Shown here in pieces: positions 16,208-24,628 of a DNA stretch of 32,000 bases. Both the position numbers and the translations under genes were made by a program. The stretch's first letter is position 1, and every line of letters starts with the position of its first letter. The notes under the pieces are model-generated. The model had not been told where the DNA came from. It worked only from the letters and a program-made list of their open reading frames with translations, and searched no databases. Origin of the DNA: Candidatus Nanohalobium constans (GTDB lineage: Archaea; Nanohalarchaeota; Nanosalinia; Nanosalinales; Nanosalinaceae); the NCBI RefSeq assembly GCF_009617975.1, contig NZ_CP040089.1:450001-482000 (forward strand). The letters run 5' to 3'.

Positions 16208-16609
16208 CTAACTGTAAAACCTCTCCAAGAAAGAAACCACATCATCTCTCTCAGCCGAGAAGAAAAGATGAGAACAACATCTGCAGTCCGAACAACCAAA
16301 ATCTTCCACAGCAGTAAAATTCTCCTTCATTTCCTGGCTTAAACTGCATTCGTGATCACCTCCCTCTTTTCGGAAAGTTTTAACCATTTCAGATTTCTCA
16401 TTAACTAGAAGGTAGTCGATATGCCAATGAGGATTGTCTCCTTCCTCTGATTTTTCTTTGTGTCTTTGAACACGCTTCAGTCCTCCTGGACCGAATGCGG
16501 AGCCGTTGTACATGTAGAAACCAGGTTCAAACTTGATTTTGCCGAGGCTTCCAACCTCGATACTGGTTTGTTCTGGGAGTTTGATTAGGAGGGTGTATGA
16601 TCCTTTCAT
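16208..16609 (-). CDS. DUF123 (GIY-YIG/Uri-superfamily) domain protein
   Basis: GFYMYNGSAFGPGGLKRVQRH...HWHIDYL...ECSL...FGCSDCRCCSHLFF reproduces the DUF123 motif order. Its ATG overlaps the upstream gene's stop (ATGA, 16606..16609). Confidence 0.8.
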   Translation of the reverse strand: MKGSYTLLIKLPEQTSIEVGSLGKIKFEPGFYMYNGSAFGPGGLKRVQRHKEKSEEGDNPHWHIDYLLVNEKSEMVKTFRKEGGDHECSLSQEMKENFTAVEDFGCSDCRCCSHLFFSAERDDVVSFLERFYS

Positions 16610-17337
16610 TCTTCATCAGTTTTGATGTCTTCTAGGATTTCCTGCATGTCGTTGTCGTTGAAGTATCCTATTTTTCTCTTGGACTTGGTTTCTTGAGGGT
16701 TTAAGTGGTAGTGTGCTAGGTATTGTTCTATTTTCCAGGGTTCTACTTTTTCTGTTTGGTTTCTTACTGCTATATCGCTTCTGTCCCATTCTACTGATCC
16801 TTCCCAGTCTGTGTAACGGTATCTTGTGACTAAGGCGGCTATTGCCTGTTCGGGAATTATATCAATTTCTTTCTCTGTTTCCGGCGGTATGAAGTGGACT
16901 ATCTTGGATTGCTCCAGTCTGAATATTATTTCTCCGTCTTTCTCGTATGCCAGCCAGACATCTATCTGAGTAAGCTTGACGGGTTGCTTGGACATATTGA
17001 TTAGTCTAAGATCCTTCTCAGTATCCTCCTGGATTGGATTATGGATCGAGATGCTGCTGTTAAACCCTAGGTCCAGCCGTCTCTTCGCGATGTAAAATGA
17101 GCTAACAGCCACCAGCGAGACGATGATACCTTTCAGTAATGGTACAGATTTCTGTCCCAGCAGGATGTAAGCAGAGTAGTAGAAGCTCGACATCAAGATC
17201 ATTATCGAAACAATCTTCTCCTTCTCAGTAGCATCCTCAAGCATCAACAACAAAGACTTAGAATTCTTCCGCGGATCACAATACCGCTTCCACCAACCAA
17301 AAACACTCTTAACCTCGTTATATACGAAACTCAACAT
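16606..17337 (-). CDS. Hypothetical membrane protein (2-3 TM N-terminus, soluble C-terminal domain), coupled to DUF123
   Basis: 243-aa ORF with an ATG start. Its composition is noticeably less acidic and more K-rich than its neighbours. No motif recognised. Confidence 0.55.
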   Translation of the reverse strand: MLSFVYNEVKSVFGWWKRYCDPRKNSKSLLLMLEDATEKEKIVSIMILMSSFYYSAYILLGQKSVPLLKGIIVSLVAVSSFYIAKRRLDLGFNSSISIHNPIQEDTEKDLRLINMSKQPVKLTQIDVWLAYEKDGEIIFRLEQSKIVHFIPPETEKEIDIIPEQAIAALVTRYRYTDWEGSVEWDRSDIAVRNQTEKVEPWKIEQYLAHYHLNPQETKSKRKIGYFNDNDMQEILEDIKTDEE

Positions 17338-17475
17338 CTTGAAGAAACACTCTCCAAGAAATAGGTTCCTTGCTCTTCTACACTCTGAATCACTGTTAAA
17401 GGCATAAAGTCAACTCTCTGTTTTACGAGGTTATACAAAGTTTTATCCGACCATCGCCTCTGAATAGTAATATTC

Positions 17476-18123
17476 CTACTTGGAGTTTTCACTATAAATT
17501 TCTTCGATACTTTGTGTATCCAGTTCAGATAACGAGTTTACAGTTTTGTGGGCAGGATATTCTCCTGATTCATCAACAAGTCCTATGCATACCATTCCTG
17601 CTTCGGTTGCTCCCTTCATCCCACTTCTTCCATCTTCGATTACGAGGCAGTCTTCAGGATTTAACCCGAGTTCATCTGCTGTTTCTAAAAACACATCTGG
17701 AGCAGGTTTTCCCTTTGGAACTTCGCTTGCACTTTTGATAACCTCGAAGTATTTTGATAGTCCCAAACTGTCAACGACTTCCTCAATAAAATCAGGTTCT
17801 GATGAAGATGCTACACCGAGCTTATAATTTCCTTCAATTTCACGAATCAGTTTCTGTGAACCCTCAATCGGTTTGACTCCCTCCTTTTCTACAAGTTCGT
17901 AGAGAACATCTTGCTTCTTTCCGTATGCTTCCATCGGGTTAGATGCCGGGCTTTCTTCTCTGAACAGAGTTCCTGGTGGTTTACCAGCATATTTTCTGGT
18001 AATCTCTTCTGGCGACATTTCAACACCATATTCTTCCAAAATTTTTGACTGTGCTTGTGCGTGAAGTTTCTGAGTGTCAGAAAGAACTCCGTCCATATCG
18101 AAAATTACAGCTTCAAGAGCCAT
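17476..18123 (-). CDS. HAD-superfamily hydrolase (beta-phosphoglucomutase/phosphatase subfamily IA)
   Basis: Motif I AVIFDMDGVLSDT, motif II GVASSS, motif III KGKPAPDVF, motif IV VIEDGRSGMKGATEAGM. Confidence 0.85.
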   Translation of the reverse strand: MALEAVIFDMDGVLSDTQKLHAQAQSKILEEYGVEMSPEEITRKYAGKPPGTLFREESPASNPMEAYGKKQDVLYELVEKEGVKPIEGSQKLIREIEGNYKLGVASSSEPDFIEEVVDSLGLSKYFEVIKSASEVPKGKPAPDVFLETADELGLNPEDCLVIEDGRSGMKGATEAGMVCIGLVDESGEYPAHKTVNSLSELDTQSIEEIYSENSK

Positions 18124-18177
18124 GCTTTCAATTTGCTGAAAACAAATAAGAAATTAAATCTGAATACGGGGTAGGTT

Positions 18178-18251
18178 TGGACTCTCTGGGATTTGAACCC
18201 AGGGCCTCTTCCCTGCCAAGGAAGCGTTCCGCCAAGCTGAACTAAGAGCCC
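18178..18251 (-). tRNA. tRNA-Ala (anticodon GGC), 74 nt, no encoded CCA
   Basis: Reverse complement GGGCTCT-TA-GTTC-AGCTTGGCG-GAAC-G-CTTCC-TTGGCAG-GGAAG-AGGCC-CTGGG-TTCAAAT-CCCAG-AGAGTCC-A. All stems are perfect, and the G3:U70 alanine identity pair is present. Confidence 0.93.
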
Positions 18252-18374
18252 TTTTGTGTAAAGAAATGTTCTTGGATAGTTTTTTGAAGGTGTCCTCGGT
18301 ATAGCTTATTGGTAATTTTCTTTGATTTTCGAGACCTTTTTATCCGCTAATCTTGTAGGATCAGGTAGCTTGTA

Positions 18375-18530
18375 TCATCTACAAAACTTGTAGACAAACT
18401 CAAGACTTTTATCCTCGATTAATCTGTGTCCAGAGCTGATGTACAGGGGGTTGATACTTCTGTTGGCTGAGGCATACTGTCGGGACTGATAAGCATAACC
18501 TATCAACTTATTCTCTTTGATATTTTCCAT
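18375..18530 (-). pseudogene. C-terminal remnant of an endonuclease V (nfi)-like gene
   Basis: 51-codon ORF MENIKENKLIGYAYQSRQYASANRSINPLYISSGHRLIEDKSLEFVYKFCR. The block NPLYISSGHR plus the preceding G.A..S pattern matches the conserved EndoV C-terminus (E. coli ...[23 protein letters not shown]...). The frame is open upstream only as far as the lysS stop at 18596, so at most ~75 of ~220 residues can be encoded. Confidence 0.45.
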
Positions 18531-18595
18531 TGAATTATTGGAATACCTTTTTCGGGAATCTCCTTGAATAGAAAGAAAAGAATGTTGAAGAGTTT

Positions 18596-20035
18596 TTAGT
18601 TTTTCATCATAGGGAAGAGAGTTACATCCCTGATTGATTCTTGGTTTGTCAATAGCATCACCATCCTTCCAATGCCGATTCCCAGGCCTCCTGTTGGAGG
18701 CATTCCAAGCTCCAATGCCTCTACAAAGTCCATGTCTATTGGATGTGCTTCATCATCTCCTTCCTCCTGCCGTCTCTGTTCTTCCTCAAAGAGTTCTCTC
18801 TGCCTTATTGGATCTCGGAGCTCGGTGTATGCATTGCATAGCTCAACTCCGACAGCGAAGGATTCGAATCTTTCGATTAAACCGTCCTCACTTCTGTGCT
18901 GCATGCAGAGCGGCGTGGTCTCTACTGGATGGTCGATGATGTGAACCGGTTGAATCAGGTTCTCTTCAACTATCTCTTCGAAGAGTTCGGCGATAGCTAG
19001 ACCTCTCTCGTAGTCTGAGTCCAGTTCAGCATCGTGTTCTTCCATTCTTTCATGGAGTTCCTCATCACTGAGTTCTTCGACATTGAATCCTCCGTGTTCC
19101 TGTATGGCTTCTCTCATCGTCATTCTTGGCCATGGAGCGGAAAAGTCCAGAGTCTCTCCCTGATACTCTACCTCGGCCGAACCGGTTACTTCAACTGCTA
19201 CATGCTCATACAATTGCTCTGTCAGCGCCATCATGTCTTCGTAGTCGGCGTATGCCTGGTAGACTTCCATCATCGTGAACTCAGGATTATGAGTCGTGTC
19301 AATGGACTCGTTCCGGAAGTTTTTCGTGATCTCGAAAATCCTCTCGTAGCCACCGATAATCAGTCTTTTGAGGTACAGCTCTGGCGAAATATTCAGGTAC
19401 CACTCCTGATCCAAGGCATCGACATGGGTTGTGAAAGGCTCAGCGGCTGCTCCACCGTACACTGGTTGAAGTGTCGGGGTCTCGACCTCCATGAATTCTC
19501 TATTATGGAGGAAGTTTCTGATCTCTCTGATGATTTGGCTTCGCATCCTGAAGGTTTCACGAGCCTCCATATCCGCCGTCAAGTGCAGAGATCTGTCACG
19601 GTACCGAAGCTCCTGATCCTCAACTCCAAAGTAATCGCTTGGAACATTCCTCAATCCACGAGTCAAGACTTCTATATCCTCTACCTGAAGCGAGAACTCG
19701 CCTTTATCGGTGTAAGTCAGGAAGCCCTCAACACCGACGATATCACCTCTGTAAAGGTCTTCAACCTGTTCTAGAAGGTCTTCGTCTTCCCTGACAATCA
19801 ACTGAATTTCTTCTCTTTCACCCCGTAGATCCAGGAAAACCAGTTCTCCGAAACTCCGGATCTCCATTACTCTGCCAGCAGTCGAAAAATCTCTGTCAGG
19901 AAGGTTATTCTCTCCTTCATCGAACTCCTGCAACTCTTCAATAGTATGGCTGCGGTCGAAGTTGTGGCTGTACGCTTCGCCATCTTCACGGAGTTCCTGA
20001 AGCTGGTTGAGTCTTTCCTCTCGTTCAGAACTCAC
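18596..20035 (-). CDS. lysS: Lysyl-tRNA synthetase, class II
   Basis: 479 aa. N-terminal OB anticodon-binding domain (AGRVMEIRSFGELVFLDLRG), LRYRDRSLHL, GGAAAEPF, ISPELYLKRLIIGG, FRNESIDTTHNPEFTMMEVYQAY (motif 2), ELCNAYTELRDP, LELGMPPTGGLGIGIGRMVMLLT (motif 3), IRDVTLFP. GTG start. Confidence 0.92.
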   Translation of the reverse strand: MSSEREERLNQLQELREDGEAYSHNFDRSHTIEELQEFDEGENNLPDRDFSTAGRVMEIRSFGELVFLDLRGEREEIQLIVREDEDLLEQVEDLYRGDIVGVEGFLTYTDKGEFSLQVEDIEVLTRGLRNVPSDYFGVEDQELRYRDRSLHLTADMEARETFRMRSQIIREIRNFLHNREFMEVETPTLQPVYGGAAAEPFTTHVDALDQEWYLNISPELYLKRLIIGGYERIFEITKNFRNESIDTTHNPEFTMMEVYQAYADYEDMMALTEQLYEHVAVEVTGSAEVEYQGETLDFSAPWPRMTMREAIQEHGGFNVEELSDEELHERMEEHDAELDSDYERGLAIAELFEEIVEENLIQPVHIIDHPVETTPLCMQHRSEDGLIERFESFAVGVELCNAYTELRDPIRQRELFEEEQRRQEEGDDEAHPIDMDFVEALELGMPPTGGLGIGIGRMVMLLTNQESIRDVTLFPMMKN

Positions 20036-20137
20036 CGAGGAACACCTAGAGTTAGAGCTGTAGAAAGATTTTGAAAGTTATGCGTAAATGTGACCGAACT
20101 TAAAGCGTCCACCAGTCATTGTAATTGAACATTTTTA

Positions 20138-20159
20138 CGAAAGCTTTAAAGAACTTTCG
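20138..20159. promoter_or_regulatory. Inverted repeat CGAAAG-N10-CTTTCG enclosing the palindromic TATA-like CTTTAAAG
   Basis: Seen in the divergent lysS(II)/dapA-like intergenic region. A 6-bp perfect inverted repeat flanks the self-complementary octamer. Function not established. Confidence 0.25.
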
Positions 20160-20232
20160 GAGAGTTAGTCTTATCGAATAAGTATTACGAATTGTATAAC
20201 TTTACTTAAGTTTTTCTGAATAAAGTTTCGAT

Positions 20233-21243
20233 ATGATTAACAATGATGGGTTTGAACCGGGGGGTGTTTACCCTGCTTTGCCAACTCCCCGAAATGAGGA
20301 TGGATCTATTAATTACGAAACTGCTCGAAATCATATAGAATATCTCGCTGCTGGAGGTGTAGATGGGATAGTTCCTGCTGGTTGTACTGGTCACGCGGCC
20401 TATCTTTCAGGTCAGAGATCTGATGGGTCGATGAGCGAGCATGCAGAATATGTCTCCAGAATCTCAGAAATAGCTAGCGATATCGACTCCGAACTGGATG
20501 TGATTGCGGGTGATGGGATGAATGTACCTGAACAGACTATTGAACTGGCCAGTGAGATAGAGGAAGTAGCTGATATTGATGCTCACCTCATGATCTCTCC
20601 TTATCAGGTGGGAACGCCTCAGGAAGATATAGTGGAGCAGCATTATCAACCTATAGCTGAGGCAGTGGATGAAGATATTATTGCTTACAATGTGCCGGGA
20701 CGCACGGGCGTTAATATTTTTCCTGAGACTGTCTTAGAGCTGGCGGAGATACCTGGTATAGTAGGTATCAAGGAAGCCTCAAATGATAGATATCAGATTC
20801 GGCAGTTGGGAAGAATGCTTAGAAGAAAAAATTACGATAATTTCCACTTGGGATCGGGAGATGACTTCAATAATCCTCTTGTATACGAAGAAGGAGGTGA
20901 CTTTACAATCAGTGTTACAGGAAATATACTACCGGAAGAAACCGTTCAGGTATGGGAACATGGGGTTAATGGAGACGAAGCAGATCAGGTAAGAGCTGAA
21001 ACATTAAACGAACTTTTGATGCCAGCACATAACGCTATGTTCCAAGATGGAGAGAAAAATCCTCAATCTGTCCAGTATGCATTGAATCAGATGGGTTTCA
21101 ATCATGGTACGCCTGGAGGTTCATTGGATCGAGAACCTAGAGAAGATGAAATAATCAGAACACAGGATGGCGAACAAAGAGTGTTTAACCAGACAGAGAT
21201 TGATACGGTGCTGGATCACTTCGACCTGAGAGAAGAGGTTTAG
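20233..21243 (+). CDS. DapA/DHDPS-family class I aldolase (divergent member)
   Basis: Collinear with dihydrodipicolinate synthase: VIAGDG, AYNVPGRTG (YNxPxRT), GIKEAS (Schiff-base Lys), GSGDD, ISVTGNI. However, GTTGE reads GCTGH and TPYY reads SPYQ, and there are acidic insertions. Confidence 0.75.
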   Translation: MINNDGFEPGGVYPALPTPRNEDGSINYETARNHIEYLAAGGVDGIVPAGCTGHAAYLSGQRSDGSMSEHAEYVSRISEIASDIDSELDVIAGDGMNVPEQTIELASEIEEVADIDAHLMISPYQVGTPQEDIVEQHYQPIAEAVDEDIIAYNVPGRTGVNIFPETVLELAEIPGIVGIKEASNDRYQIRQLGRMLRRKNYDNFHLGSGDDFNNPLVYEEGGDFTISVTGNILPEETVQVWEHGVNGDEADQVRAETLNELLMPAHNAMFQDGEKNPQSVQYALNQMGFNHGTPGGSLDREPREDEIIRTQDGEQRVFNQTEIDTVLDHFDLREEV

Positions 21244-21644
21244 AGAGATCGATTCTTGAGAACAGACTTAGTGGTGGTATCCTCAACACCCTCTATCCCT
21301 CTTATTTTATCAAGAACACTGTTGACTTCTTCAGAAGAACTTCGTGAAAAATACAGCACGACATCATGACCTCCTGTCACCTCAAAAGCACGGATACCAG
21401 AAGGTAATTTACTGAAAAACCCGTCCATATCTATACTGGTTGAAAGATCGACCATCACTATAGCAGAGACATCTACCAGCCGAGTATCCACAGTAAATTT
21501 CTCAATTACTCCTTCATCTTGCATTGACTCCACACGGTTCCGCACAGTTCCTTCTGACACATCTATCTCTTCAGCAATCTCAGTATAAGATGCTCTCCCA
21601 TCTTCCTTCAGAATATCCAGGATTTGTCTATCTTTACCGTCCAT
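21240..21644 (-). CDS. Lrp/AsnC-family transcriptional regulator
   Basis: HTH DRQILDILKEDGRASYTEIAEEIDVSEGTVRNRVESMQDEGVI plus a C-terminal RAM-like domain. ATG at 21644 is preferred over the TTG track start. The convergent 4-nt overlap with the dapA-like gene is at the stops. Confidence 0.85.
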   Translation of the reverse strand: MDGKDRQILDILKEDGRASYTEIAEEIDVSEGTVRNRVESMQDEGVIEKFTVDTRLVDVSAIVMVDLSTSIDMDGFFSKLPSGIRAFEVTGGHDVVLYFSRSSSEEVNSVLDKIRGIEGVEDTTTKSVLKNRSL

Positions 21645-21697
21645 GAATAGAAACAATGTTGTGGAATGTTATTAATTGTTTTCGAAATTCGAAGAAT

Positions 21698-22324
21698 TTA
21701 CTCTACAAGAGTTATCTCTTCGATTTCTTCAACTCCGCCTTCATCGCCGATTGTTACTGAGAACGCTTTGCCTGTTTCATCTGCTGCAGCATTCAATACT
21801 GGTGTCCCCATTAACTGTCTTTCCCCAAAGTCTTCGTGTACATGGCCGTTCATCCAGAGAGCAGGCTTGTGCTTTATGATGATCTCTCGGAACTGTTCGA
21901 AACCTATTCTTTTTCCGGAGTGTACTCGGTCGCCGACTTTGTGTGGGGGATAATGAGATCCGATGATGACTTTGTCGTTGTCGTAGTCTTCTACTAGGTC
22001 TTCTACTTGTTCTTTGACATCTTCTGGGAAGTCTCCGCCGATAAGGATCAGTTTGTATTCGTCGTCTATATCTGCTTCTAGGAAGTTGTAGACTGGTACA
22101 GGACCATCTAGGAACTCTGATGAGAACATCATGTCCCGGTTTCCAGTACTTCCGACGCCAGCAACCTCTATCTCATCGAAAAGTTCTTCGGCGTAGTCTT
22201 CATCCATGTAGTCACCTAGGTTGACAAATAAGTCGTAGTCGCCGTTGTTTGCTTCTTCTATGGCTGCTTCTTTCAGGTCTTCTTTCTTGTGGAAGTCGCT
22301 GGTTACAAGAATTTTCAAGGTCAT
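21698..22324 (-). CDS. Calcineurin-like metallophosphoesterase
   Basis: ILVTSDFH, NLGDYMDE, TGNRD, GSHYPP and NGHVHE motifs occur in canonical order. Confidence 0.8.
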   Translation of the reverse strand: MTLKILVTSDFHKKEDLKEAAIEEANNGDYDLFVNLGDYMDEDYAEELFDEIEVAGVGSTGNRDMMFSSEFLDGPVPVYNFLEADIDDEYKLILIGGDFPEDVKEQVEDLVEDYDNDKVIIGSHYPPHKVGDRVHSGKRIGFEQFREIIIKHKPALWMNGHVHEDFGERQLMGTPVLNAAADETGKAFSVTIGDEGGVEEIEEITLVE

Positions 22325-22407
22325 GGAAAGATGTTCATGCGTAAAATCCTTTTAAGTTATCGGAGATATTCTTCCGGATTTAAGTATTGGATACTATTTG
22401 TATCCTG

Positions 22408-23316
22408 ATGATTGTCGGCCATTTTTTCCTAGCTTTTTCGTTAGTGGGTTTGTTTGCACTTTACAAAGGGTGGGAGAAAGATAAATGCTTGAAAATGGCT
22501 TTAGCAGCTGGGATGTTTGCGTTGCTTCCAGATATAGATATCATTTATGCCTGGAAAGAAATACTCACCTTATTTAATACCGGTTTTTATGGATTCACTG
22601 AATCTTTTTGGGCTGCCTCGCAATCAGTTCACAGAGGAGTAACTCATTCACTCATAGCTCTCCTATCAGCAGTGATAGCATTTACTATTTACCATAAAAC
22701 CAGGTCAAAGTACCTAGCGGCTGGAATAACATCTCTAGCAGGGATCACAGGGTTTTTAACTCAAAGCGTTTTGACAGGAGTCATTCTAGCCCTTTTCATG
22801 GCCACAGGTTTTTACATCACTCATAGACTTGAGTCTATCAGTTTATCGGAGTTTTCGCTCGTTTCGGGTATCGGTTTGCTTTTGCATCCGTTTGGAGATT
22901 TGTTTACTGGTACTCCACCTCAATTGCTGTATCCTTCATCTTTCAGCTTTGTTGAGTCAAGGTTAGTGTTTTTCACAGATCCGGTACTGAACTTGTTTGC
23001 TGTTTATGGAATTGAACTGTCGTTAGTATGGGTTTCCTTACTTGTTTACAGCAAGATAGATGAAAGAAGCGTCAAACTGAATTTAAACAGGTTTTCGATC
23101 TTGGGATTAGCTTACATCTTTTTTGCTGAGGTTATAAGGCAGCCTACTCTTTCCACAAGCTACCAGTTCGTATCATCAGTAATAATCACAGGTTTGGCTG
23201 TGGTTTTCATCTTGAGAAAGGTTGAAGAGGATAAGAACTATTTTTCGTGGATAGTTAATTTCGTAGCTGTGATGTCCTTGTCTTCTGCTGCATACCTGAT
23301 ATATTACCTAGTCTGA
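22408..23316 (+). CDS. Membrane-bound metal-dependent hydrolase, DUF457/YdjM-like
   Basis: LLPDIDIIY and HRGVTHSLIALL motifs in a polytopic membrane protein. ATG 22408 (MIVGHFF) is preferred over TTG 22387. Confidence 0.6.
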   Translation: MIVGHFFLAFSLVGLFALYKGWEKDKCLKMALAAGMFALLPDIDIIYAWKEILTLFNTGFYGFTESFWAASQSVHRGVTHSLIALLSAVIAFTIYHKTRSKYLAAGITSLAGITGFLTQSVLTGVILALFMATGFYITHRLESISLSEFSLVSGIGLLLHPFGDLFTGTPPQLLYPSSFSFVESRLVFFTDPVLNLFAVYGIELSLVWVSLLVYSKIDERSVKLNLNRFSILGLAYIFFAEVIRQPTLSTSYQFVSSVIITGLAVVFILRKVEEDKNYFSWIVNFVAVMSLSSAAYLIYYLV

Positions 23317-23361
23317 AGATTTCCAAAAAATATTAGAGTATCCATGTTATCATAACTCTCT

Positions 23362-23952
23362 GTGGCTGAATTAAGGAATAGGCTGTCAACCTCACGGTTT
23401 GCTGGAGAAAAAGTAAACTCTGTTCTTTCAGGATTACTATCAGTCTATCTCTTGTTCAACTGCTTCAATATACTTCTTGATAACAATTTAACTTGGGCAG
23501 TTTATGGTTTCGCGGTTCTTGTATTGGTTTTTCTTCCACCAGTATATTTCGAGGACAGATCCGCGCTTGTACCTTTTGAATTACTTTTCTTCCTAGCTAT
23601 CCCGTTTACTTTGAAGGGTTTAGAACTTGGTTTTGCAGCCTCGACCACTTTGAATTATTTGTCGGCAGCGGGGATCGCGCTCCTGGTCGTAACAGAGCTT
23701 GATACTTTCACTTCTTTCAAGTCTAGTGCGGCTTTTGCCGTTGTCCTGACTTCCTTTACTACGGTCGCGATGGCAGGTATTTGGGCAGTTTCTCGTTGGC
23801 TTTCAGATATATACCTAGGAACCTCTTTGATGGTGGCAGAGAATACATTAATGTGGGAGTTCACAGCAGCTTTCCTCACAGGGATACTATCAGGAGTGAT
23901 ATTTCAGTACTATCTGAAGGAAAGGAGTGAGGTGATCCAAAGTGAAGATTAG
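23362..23952 (+). CDS. Hypothetical polytopic membrane protein
   Basis: 196 aa with 5-6 hydrophobic segments and a GTG start. Its 3' end carries the Shine-Dalgarno sequence for the next gene. Confidence 0.5.
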   Translation: MAELRNRLSTSRFAGEKVNSVLSGLLSVYLLFNCFNILLDNNLTWAVYGFAVLVLVFLPPVYFEDRSALVPFELLFFLAIPFTLKGLELGFAASTTLNYLSAAGIALLVVTELDTFTSFKSSAAFAVVLTSFTTVAMAGIWAVSRWLSDIYLGTSLMVAENTLMWEFTAAFLTGILSGVIFQYYLKERSEVIQSED

Positions 23953-24604
23953 GGATAAACTTGGCATCTCCAAGAAGATGCAGGAAACAGCCACTAGGTT
24001 TATGCAGATTATCCTGGTTTCTATAGCAGCTCTTGGGGTATGGATAGGCAGTTTCAAAGTATTCATAAATGCATTTATCAGTTTCCTGATCACCTTCCTA
24101 CCTTCATTGCTGAGAAAAAGATATAAAATTACTATAGATGCTGGATTAGCTCTATGGATCACTTCTGCAGTATTCTTCCATTCTATAGGCGCCGTTAACC
24201 TGTTTGGACAAAATCTTTACACCTCGATCCCGTGGTGGGATCACTTCACCCATGCACTATCAGCATCTGTCATCGCAGCCGCAGGTTACTCGGTTTTAAG
24301 GGCGTTAGACGAGCACTACGAACAGCTCTACTTCCCTAAAAAGCTTTACTTCGTATTTATTATAATTTTCATTGTTGCATTCGGAGTTATCTGGGAAGTC
24401 CTCGAATTTGGAATAGCTGGGTTAGCTGATCTGGCAGGAGGAGAACCAATACTAACTCAGTACAGTTTAGAGGATACAATGAAAGACTTGATGTTTAATA
24501 CTGCAGGAGCCCTGATTGTGGCAGTATTCGGTGAGGCATATCTAAACAATACAGTCGAGCTACTGAAACAGAAAATAGAAGAACTAGACGGCTCAGAAAA
24601 ATAA
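23942..24604 (+). CDS. Hypothetical polytopic membrane protein (WWDHFTH / WEVLEF / EDTMKDLMFNTAGA motifs; possibly DUF2238/YjdF-like)
   Basis: GTG start preceded by GAGGTGATCC (23929..23938), a 10-nt perfect complement of the conserved archaeal 16S 3' end GGAUCACCUC. It overlaps the upstream gene by 11 nt. The family assignment is by memory of motifs only. Confidence 0.55.
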   Translation: MKIRDKLGISKKMQETATRFMQIILVSIAALGVWIGSFKVFINAFISFLITFLPSLLRKRYKITIDAGLALWITSAVFFHSIGAVNLFGQNLYTSIPWWDHFTHALSASVIAAAGYSVLRALDEHYEQLYFPKKLYFVFIIIFIVAFGVIWEVLEFGIAGLADLAGGEPILTQYSLEDTMKDLMFNTAGALIVAVFGEAYLNNTVELLKQKIEELDGSEK

Positions 24605-24628
24605 CGCTTGGGATTCAAAAAGTGTCTT

